In this document: piece by piece, positions 38,347 through 45,103 of the stretch
Position numbering within the stretch: position 1 is the stretch's first letter
Layout: every line of letters starts with the position of its first letter
From: Actinomycetota bacterium
Lineage (GTDB): Bacteria > Actinomycetota > UBA4738 > HRBIN12
Assembly: GCA_035463115.1 (NCBI GenBank)
Contig: DATHTO010000005.1
Location: 4,061 to 68,060 of the forward strand
DNA: 64,000 nt
Reading direction: 5' to 3'
Program-made: the position numbers and the translations under genes
Notes under the pieces: model-generated
The model's database searches: none
Told to the model about the DNA's origin: nothing
Seen by the model: the letters and a program-made list of their open reading frames with translations, nothing else

Positions 38347-39738
38347 TCACGAGAACGGCTCGTATCCCGGCGCCGCGAGGGGCCACGGTTCCGCGGCTTC
38401 CCAACGCTCCGCGACCGCGAGCACGACGTCGTCACGGAACCGAGGGCCGGTGAGCATCAGGCCGAACGGCACGCCGTTCGCCGACACGCCGGCGGGGACG
38501 CTGATCGCCGGGTGGCCCGTGATGTTCGCCGCTCCGGTGTTGTACGCGCCGATCGGCGTCGCGTCGACGTCGGCACCGCCCGGCGATCCCGGCGACGAGC
38601 CGTCGACCGCGAAGCCCTCGACGCACATCGTCGGGGAGGCGAGGATCGCGTCGTCGCCGAGAAGTTCGTCAAGTACCTTGACCATCTTGAAGCGCCGGCG
38701 TCGAGCCGCGATGTACGCCTCGGCGGTCGTCCGCTTCGCGAGCTCGTTCGCGTACCGGACGTACGAGGTGAGCTCGGGCTCGCGTCGATCGAGCTCGTCG
38801 CCGCCGACCCAGGCCCGCTCCTCGATCGCGACGAGCGTGTACCAGTCGTCGTCGATCGACGTCGGGAACGGCGGGTCGATCGTCTCCACCGGCAGACCGG
38901 TCGCGTCCGCGAGCGTGGCGAGCGCCCGGTCCCAGCTCGCGGCGACGCCGTCCGGCAGAGGGCCGTACGGGCACATCCGCGGCGTGGCGACGATCCGTTC
39001 CGGCCATGCGCCTGCTCGCGGCTCCCACGACGGAACCGCGGTCGGATCGCCGTGCACCGGCCCGCGCATCACGTCGAACAGCACGCGGACGTCGGCCACG
39101 CTCGTCGCCATCGGACCCTTCGTCGACAGGTCGATCCACGACGGCACGGGGTCGCGGCCGATCAGCCCGTTCGTCGGCTTCAGCCCGGCAAGACCGCAGA
39201 ACGCCGCCGGGATCCTGATCGACCCGCCGCCATCGGTTCCGGTGGCGATCGCGGCGAGGCCGGCCGCGATCGCCGCGCCGCTCCCCCCGCTCGACCCGCC
39301 CGGTGTCCACGCCGGAGCCCAGGGGTTGCGCGTCGGACCGAACAGCCGGTTGTCGGTGAACCCCTCGAAGGCGAACTCCGGGAGGTTCGTCTTGCCGACG
39401 ACCACCGCACCGGCCGCGCGGAGGCGTCCGATCACCTCGTGGTCGCGCGTCGCCGGAGGCGCGTCGGCTCGCAGCAGCGACCCGTACGTCGTCGGAAGTC
39501 CCTCCACGTCCTCGTTGTCCTTCACCAGCAGCGGCAGCCCCGCGAGCCGTCCCGGATCGTCGCCCGCCACGACCGCCGCGTCCACGCGTCGGGCGTCGTC
39601 GACGGCTCGATCGCCGCACGCGAGGACGACGGCGGCGATCGCCGGATCGAACCGCTCGATCCGATCGAGAGAACGTCGGACCAGCTCCTCCGACGACACC
39701 GCGCGGCGCCGGACCGCTGCCGCGAGCTCCGCGAGCAC
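38347..39738 (-). CDS. Amidase (amidase-signature family)
   Basis: 463 aa with GKTNLPEFA and GGSSGGSGAAIAAGL. The GTG start abuts the upstream methyltransferase stop (TAG-GTG). Confidence 0.9.
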   Translation of the reverse strand: MLAELAAAVRRRAVSSEELVRRSLDRIERFDPAIAAVVLACGDRAVDDARRVDAAVVAGDDPGRLAGLPLLVKDNEDVEGLPTTYGSLLRADAPPATRDHEVIGRLRAAGAVVVGKTNLPEFAFEGFTDNRLFGPTRNPWAPAWTPGGSSGGSGAAIAAGLAAIATGTDGGGSIRIPAAFCGLAGLKPTNGLIGRDPVPSWIDLSTKGPMATSVADVRVLFDVMRGPVHGDPTAVPSWEPRAGAWPERIVATPRMCPYGPLPDGVAASWDRALATLADATGLPVETIDPPFPTSIDDDWYTLVAIEERAWVGGDELDRREPELTSYVRYANELAKRTTAEAYIAARRRRFKMVKVLDELLGDDAILASPTMCVEGFAVDGSSPGSPGGADVDATPIGAYNTGAANITGHPAISVPAGVSANGVPFGLMLTGPRFRDDVVLAVAERWEAAEPWPLAAPGYEPFS

Positions 39739-40491
39739 CTAGCCCCCCTCCCCCTTCGACGCGATCAGCCACAGGCGTTGGGAGCCGAGCTCGAAGTCGA
39801 ACAGCTCGTCGTCGCGGAGCTCGAACGACTCGAACCCCGCCTCGCGCAGGAGCTCCGTCAGCTCGTGCACCGGATACACCCGGACCGACGTGCGGTGCGA
39901 ACCCGCCGGAACGCCGCTCCGCACGAAGGTCCACTCGGTCTCGACGCGACCGGTCCCCATCACGAGGGACGCTTCCTGCAGGACGACCGTGTCGTCGACC
40001 CGGAACCACGTCCGTTCACGGAACCGCGGGTACAAGGTCTCGAGCGACGGGGTGTCGATCAGGTAGCGCCCGCCCGCCCTCAGGGCCCGCGCGACCGAAG
40101 CGGCCTGTGCGAGGTTCCCGGCGTCGTCGAAGTACCCGAAACTGCCCCAGAAGCAGATCGCCGCGTCGAACTCGGCGTCGTAGGTCAGCTCGCGCATGTC
40201 GCCCACCTCGAGGGTGACGTTCGTGAGGCCGCGGCGCTCGGCGTCACGACGTCCGGCCTCAACGAACGCGGCGATCGCGTCGACGCCGACCACCACGTAT
40301 CCGGCCGCGGCCAGCTCGAGCGCGATCCGACCATCGCCCGCCGGCACGTCGAGCACGCGCGCCCCGGCGTCCAGGCCGAGGGCTTCGATCACGCGTTCCG
40401 TCTGATCGGCGGTGTCCTCGACGCTCGACCAGTTCCGCTGGACCGCCTGCCAGGCCTCGGACGAGAACATCTCCTCCCACCACTCGGCCAC
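39739..40491 (-). CDS. Class I SAM-dependent methyltransferase
   Basis: Trimmed from the 380-aa track ORF to GTG 40491 (GGAGGG 7 nt upstream). Motif I VLDVPAGDGRIALELAAAG. 250 aa. Confidence 0.85.
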   Translation of the reverse strand: MAEWWEEMFSSEAWQAVQRNWSSVEDTADQTERVIEALGLDAGARVLDVPAGDGRIALELAAAGYVVVGVDAIAAFVEAGRRDAERRGLTNVTLEVGDMRELTYDAEFDAAICFWGSFGYFDDAGNLAQAASVARALRAGGRYLIDTPSLETLYPRFRERTWFRVDDTVVLQEASLVMGTGRVETEWTFVRSGVPAGSHRTSVRVYPVHELTELLREAGFESFELRDDELFDFELGSQRLWLIASKGEGG

Positions 40492-40508
40492 CGTCGGTCC
40501 CTCCGGGG

Positions 40509-42149
40509 TCAATCGCGCGCGATGAGCCGACGAACGCCGTCGATCGCCGCGTCGAGGCCGTCGGTGAGGCGCGTGCGGCGGGCATCGCGCAGGATCGCGG
40601 TCGCGGCGTTCCGGCCCGGGACCGCCATCACGCCGCCGCCGGGGTGCGTTCCGCCGCCGCACAGGTACAGGCCGCGGATCGGCGTCGTGTAGTCCCCGTG
40701 GAAGGGGATCGGACGGAACGAGAACAACTGATCGGGCGTGAGCTCGCCCTGCATGATGTTCCCCCCGAGGAGCCCGAAGCGCTCCTCGAGATCCTTCGGC
40801 GTCAGGACCTCGACGTGCTCGACGAGGTTCGGCAGGTCGGGCGCGTACGCGGCCAGGGTCTCCACGATCTTCGCCGCCCACGCGTCCCGTGTCGCCTGCG
40901 TGTTCGGGGCGTCGTACGGCATGTACTGGGTGAACGCCATCATCAGGTGCTTGCCGTCGGGAGCGAGTCCGTCTTCGTGCGCCGTCGGGAACATCACCTC
41001 GGCGTACGGATGCGTGCTCGGCTCGCCGTACTTCGCGTCGTCGAAGGCCTTCTCGAGGTACGTCATCGACGGAGAGACGGCCATGAGACCGCGGTGGACG
41101 TCACCCTCTTGGTCCCACGGAGGGAACGAGGGCAGCGCCGACAGGGCGACGTTGACCTTGACACTGCCGCTGCGCGTCCGGAACCGCTCGACGTCTCGGA
41201 CCACGTCGCTCGGAAGGTGGTCGCGGCCGACGAGGTCGAGGTACGTCGTGGTCGGATGCGCGTTCGACACCACGCGATCCGCGCGGATCAGCGATCCATC
41301 CGCGAGCTCCACGCCGATCGCCCGGCCTTGGCCGTTGACCGCCACGCGCCCGACCGGCTCGCCGGTCCGGATCTCGACGCCCGCGTGCCGAGCCGCGTCG
41401 GCGATCGCCGCGGAAACGCCTCCCATGCCACCCTTGACCCATCCCCACGCGCCGAAGTGGCCGTCGATCTCGCCGATCCAGTGGTGCATCAGGACGTACG
41501 CGGAACCCGGGGTCATCGGCCCGCACCACGCGCCGATGATCGCCTGGGTCGCGAGCGCGCCCTTCACACGGTCGTCGTCGAACCACTCGTCGAGGAAGTC
41601 GGCGGCGCTCATCGTGAACAGCCGCACGAGCTCGTGCACGTCACGGCCCGTCCACCCGCGGAACCGCCGCCCGGTCGCCGCCCAGCGCAGGATGTCGGAC
41701 AGCGTCATGTTCGGCGGCACGACGAACAGCAGCTCCTTCATGAGTCCTGCGATCCGCTCGAAGTACCGGTCGAACGCGACGTACGCGTCGGCGTCGTGCT
41801 GGCTCAGCCTCGCGATGTTCCGCACGTCGCGGTCGAGGTCGCCCCACAAGGTGAGCGAGCTCCCGTCCGGGAACGGCACGAAGTAGTCGGGCGTGATGAG
41901 CGAGACCTCGTAGCCGTAGCGCTTCAGGTCGAGCTCGGCGACGATCCGGTCCGGCATCAACGACACGACGTACGACGCGCTCGAGACCTGGTAGCCGTCC
42001 CACATCGTCTCCGTCGCGGCCGCGCCGCCCAGGACGTCGCGACGCTCGAGCACCAGCACGTCCATCCCTGCCCGCGCGAGGTAGGTCGCACAGGCCAGGC
42101 CGTTGTGACCGCCGCCGACCACGATCACGTCGCGCTGCGTAGAGCTCAT
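40509..42149 (-). CDS. Phytoene-desaturase-like (CrtI family) NAD(P)/FAD-dependent oxidoreductase
   Basis: 546 aa with VIVVGGGHNGLACATYLARAG and a C-terminal GGGTHPGGGV. TACGCT lies 8 nt upstream of the ATG. Confidence 0.85.
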   Translation of the reverse strand: MSSTQRDVIVVGGGHNGLACATYLARAGMDVLVLERRDVLGGAAATETMWDGYQVSSASYVVSLMPDRIVAELDLKRYGYEVSLITPDYFVPFPDGSSLTLWGDLDRDVRNIARLSQHDADAYVAFDRYFERIAGLMKELLFVVPPNMTLSDILRWAATGRRFRGWTGRDVHELVRLFTMSAADFLDEWFDDDRVKGALATQAIIGAWCGPMTPGSAYVLMHHWIGEIDGHFGAWGWVKGGMGGVSAAIADAARHAGVEIRTGEPVGRVAVNGQGRAIGVELADGSLIRADRVVSNAHPTTTYLDLVGRDHLPSDVVRDVERFRTRSGSVKVNVALSALPSFPPWDQEGDVHRGLMAVSPSMTYLEKAFDDAKYGEPSTHPYAEVMFPTAHEDGLAPDGKHLMMAFTQYMPYDAPNTQATRDAWAAKIVETLAAYAPDLPNLVEHVEVLTPKDLEERFGLLGGNIMQGELTPDQLFSFRPIPFHGDYTTPIRGLYLCGGGTHPGGGVMAVPGRNAATAILRDARRTRLTDGLDAAIDGVRRLIARD

Positions 42150-42227
42150 GGCGCTCGAGCGTAGCGCGTCGATCGCCTCACGTTCCGGCGGGATGGCGTC
42201 GACCGCGGGACCGTCCGTGCCGGTCCG

Positions 42228-43130
42228 TCACCCGACCGCGATCAGCGCGACGCCGACGAAGGCGGCGGCGACCCCGACGGTCTGGATCCGCCCGAGACGT
42301 TCGTGCAGGAACACACGGGCCAGCAGCACGGTGGACACCGGATACAACGAGCCGAGCACGGAGACGAGGCTGAGCAGCCCCTCGCGGGCCGCGATCGCGA
42401 ACAGCACGTTCGCCCCGTTGTCGAAGAGACCGACCACGGCGAGGACGACGACGTCGCGCCGCGAGAGCGCCGGGCCTCCACGCCCGCGCACGAACCACGC
42501 CACCACGAACAACGGCACCGAGACGAGGCGCACCATCATGGTCGCCCACACGGGGCTCGCGTCGCCGGCCGCGTCCAGCGACGTCACGAGGAACCCGAGG
42601 AACACCGCGGCCGACAACGCGTAGCCGAAGCCGGCCGTGGTGGCGCGGCGACGCTCCTGGCCCGCATCGCCCACCGGAGCGACGGCGAGATCGGGTCCGA
42701 CGGCGGCGATCGCGTGATCGGGCGCGGGCGAGCGCACGGCGAGGACGATGCCGACGCCAGCGATCGCCATCCCCGCGAGCTGCACGGCGCCTGGACGTTC
42801 GCCCTGCGCGAACCCCGCGATCACCGGCACGACGCCGGACAGCGCGGCGATCGGGGCCACGATGCTCATCCGGCCGACGGCGAGGCCCTTGTAGAGCGAC
42901 GCGAGCCCGATCGCTCCGGCGAGCCCGCCGAGCCCGCCGTAGACGAGGAAGCGTGCTTCGGGCGGCGGCTCGCCGAGCGCCACGACGAGGCCGGCGGTGA
43001 AGAGCAAGCCCGCCGCCTGCCCGACCACGAGCACCGTCGCGGGTGCGAACCGCCTCGTCATGAGACCGCCGACGAAATCGGCCGATCCCCACGACAGCCC
43101 GGCGATCAGCGCGAGCAGCAACGGGAACAT
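42228..43130 (-). CDS. EamA/DMT family transporter
   Basis: 300 aa with 10 hydrophobic segments and a two-EamA-repeat pattern. TAGCCT lies 6 nt upstream of the ATG. Confidence 0.85.
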   Translation of the reverse strand: MFPLLLALIAGLSWGSADFVGGLMTRRFAPATVLVVGQAAGLLFTAGLVVALGEPPPEARFLVYGGLGGLAGAIGLASLYKGLAVGRMSIVAPIAALSGVVPVIAGFAQGERPGAVQLAGMAIAGVGIVLAVRSPAPDHAIAAVGPDLAVAPVGDAGQERRRATTAGFGYALSAAVFLGFLVTSLDAAGDASPVWATMMVRLVSVPLFVVAWFVRGRGGPALSRRDVVVLAVVGLFDNGANVLFAIAAREGLLSLVSVLGSLYPVSTVLLARVFLHERLGRIQTVGVAAAFVGVALIAVG

Positions 43131-43249
43131 CGCCGGAGGCTACCCGGCACGCGACCGAACCCATGCACACGTCACCGACGCTCGACGCGAACCCCCCGCA
43201 GCGGCGAAGGTGGGAGGGAACGGACGGCGATCGGACGGGAGACGAGCAG

Positions 43250-43696
43250 ATGGCGCGCTTCACGAGACGGATCGAGGTTCCGACGCCTCCGGAGGAGACG
43301 TTCGCCTATGTCGCGGACTTCTCCACGACGAGCGCCTGGGACCCCGGCATCAGCGACGCCCGGCGGCTCGACGACGGACCGCTCGGTGAGGGATGCCGTT
43401 TCGAAGTGGTGTCGACCTTCGGTGGTCGGCAGATCCCCGTGACCTACACGATCACGTCGATCCGACCGTCGGAGCGGGTGGTGCTCGAGGGGATCGGCGA
43501 CCGGTTCCGCGGGGTGGACGACATCCGGTTCTCACCGGCGGAGGGCGGCGGCACGCGGGTGCAGTACGTCGCCGATCTCCGGCTGCGCGGGATCGCGCGG
43601 ATCGCGGAGCCGTTCATGCGCAGCCGGTTCGAGCAGGTCGTGGAGGACGGCGCGCGCGGGCTCGAGCGCACGCTCCGGGCACGCGGCACGTCGTAA
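43250..43696 (+). CDS. SRPBCC (polyketide cyclase/dehydrase-like) family protein
   Basis: Trimmed to ATG 43250 (GGGAGA SD). Begins MARFTRRIEVPTPPEETFAYVADFSTTSAWDPGI. 148 aa. Confidence 0.8.
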   Translation: MARFTRRIEVPTPPEETFAYVADFSTTSAWDPGISDARRLDDGPLGEGCRFEVVSTFGGRQIPVTYTITSIRPSERVVLEGIGDRFRGVDDIRFSPAEGGGTRVQYVADLRLRGIARIAEPFMRSRFEQVVEDGARGLERTLRARGTS

Positions 43697-43741
43697 CGGC
43701 CGGCGGTCGATCCCGTGCGAGGCACGGGACGCGGACGTAGA

Positions 43742-43861
43742 GCGAGGGGAGCAGGTATCAGGCGCTGGTCCGCTCGTGCCCCAGGAGCCGGGGTACGGTC
43801 GCCCGGGTCCCGAGACATGCCTCCCGCGGCATGACTCGCGCGTGGGTTCTGCTCCCCTCGC
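43742..43861. repeat. 13-bp inverted repeat (GCGAGGGGAGCAG / CTGCTCCCCTCGC) enclosing a hairpin-rich 94-nt core in a convergent spacer
   Basis: Arms lie at 43742-43754 and 43849-43861. A second complementary pair is AGGTATC (43753-43759) and GATACCT (43863-43869). An internal hairpin is CATGCC-tcccgc-GGCATG. Confidence 0.6.
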
Positions 43862-43888
43862 GGATACCTCCCGGCATCCGATGCGAAC

Positions 43889-44770
43889 CTACACCCGGTC
43901 GCGAACGCGGCGCAACGTGGCGGACCTCCCGTTCGTCGCGGGGGCGGCGATCGTCGTCGCCGGCGCCTGCGACCGACGTGAGCGGAGCACGACCCAGACG
44001 AGGACCCCGGCGACGGCGACACCGCCGGCGACCGCGGCGATGCTCGGTCCGGTGTGCGGAACCACCGACACGATCCGCGTCCGCAGGCGCACCGGCCGGC
44101 GGAAGTTCCGGACGTCCCATCCGCGTTCCTCGGCGAGGCGTCGGAGCTCGCGATCGGCGTTCACGGCGACCGGGTGACCGACGGCCGCGAGCATCGGCGC
44201 GTCGGTGATCGAGTCGCTGTACGCGTACGACGCCTCGAGGTCGAGGTCATGGCGTTCGGCCAGGTCGCGGATCGCCTGCGCCTTCTGCTCCCCGTACGCG
44301 TAGAACTCGAGCGATCCCGTGTACCGGTTGTCGGCGCCGACCTGAGCGCGCGTCGCGATCACGCCGCTCACGCCGAAGTGCCGAGCCAGCGGCTTCACGA
44401 CCTCCTCGGGCGAGCTCGAGACGATGTAGATCGCCCGCCCCGCGGCACGATGTTCCGCGAGGAGCTCGAGCGCTTCGGCGTAGACGTACGGGTCGATGAT
44501 CTCGAGCAGGACGTCCTCGACGAGCCGCTCGATCTCGGTGCGCTCCCAGCCCTTCGTGAGCTGCAGGAGCCCGACCTACAATCGCTCCATCTTGCGCTCG
44601 TCGGCGCCGACGAGCAGGTAGACGAGCTGCGCGTAGGCGCCACGGACGAGCTGGCCGCGCGAGACCATCCCGGCTCGGTACAGCGGTCGGGACAGCGCGA
44701 GAGACGACGAACGGCTCACGATCGTCTTGTCGAGGTCGAAGAAGGCAGCTTCCATCGTTCCGCTGGTCAT
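43889..44770 (-). pseudogene. HAD-IB (SerB-like) phosphatase with a C-terminal membrane anchor, interrupted by one in-frame TAG (44578-44576)
   Basis: Track ORFs 44576..44770 and 43889..44398 are in the same frame. My translation across the gap is ...DERKMERL*VGLLQLTKGWERTEIERLVEDVLLEIIDPYVYAEALELLAEHRAAGRAIYIVSSSPEEVVKPLARHF... with no other stop or frameshift. Motifs FFDLDKT, IVSSS and YSDSITDAPML are all intact. Confidence 0.7.
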
Positions 44771-44946
44771 CGTATGCGAGGCCCCGGACCGCCCCGGCCA
44801 GCCCTGCCGGGGACGGGGCGGCGGCGGTGGCCGGCCGGATCCGGCGCGATCCGGCCTCCGTAGACGTCGGCTGCCGTGCGCCGTCGCCTGAGCCGGTGTG
44901 CCCGTCCGCGCTCGGCCCTCTCCGCCCGACGGGTACCCTCGACGTC

Positions 44947-45039
44947 GGAGGCGTCAGGGTTCCTGGTGGGCCCCGCGGTCTTCAAAACCGTAGTGGGGGC
45001 GACGAGCTCCCAGGCGGGTTCGATTCCCGTCCGCCTCCG
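44947..45039 (+). tRNA. selC: tRNA-Sec (anticodon UCA)
   Basis: 93 nt.
- Acceptor GGAGGCG/CGCCUCC is 7 bp, with an 8th position U-C mismatch.
- 6-bp D stem (GGGUUC/GGGCCC, including G-U pairs).
- Anticodon loop CUUCAAA.
- 7-bp variable stem (UGGGGGC/GCUCCCA) with a 5-nt loop.
- 5-bp T stem with loop UUCGAUU.
The layout is colinear with E. coli selC. CCA is not encoded. Confidence 0.85.
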
Positions 45040-45103
45040 CGATCGGCTCGGCGTGCAACGTCGCGGCCGGGCGGGCGCGACGCGACCTGCCTACGATGCC
45101 GTC

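Noticed and set aside
44576-44578. TAG reassignment or pyrrolysine-type recoding as an explanation for the in-frame amber
   Set aside because: TAG terminates at least six well-formed genes in this window, and no pyl-type genes are seen.
43697-44946. 6C sRNA, which neighbours a HAD-IB gene in mycobacteria
   Set aside because: Neither spacer flanking the HAD gene has two hairpins with loops of six or more consecutive C residues. Only CCUCCC-type motifs are present.
44876-45103. First 76 codons of the 979-aa ORF
   Set aside because: They run straight through the tRNA-Sec gene. A -10-like TACGAT 6 nt before GTG 45104 gives a better start.
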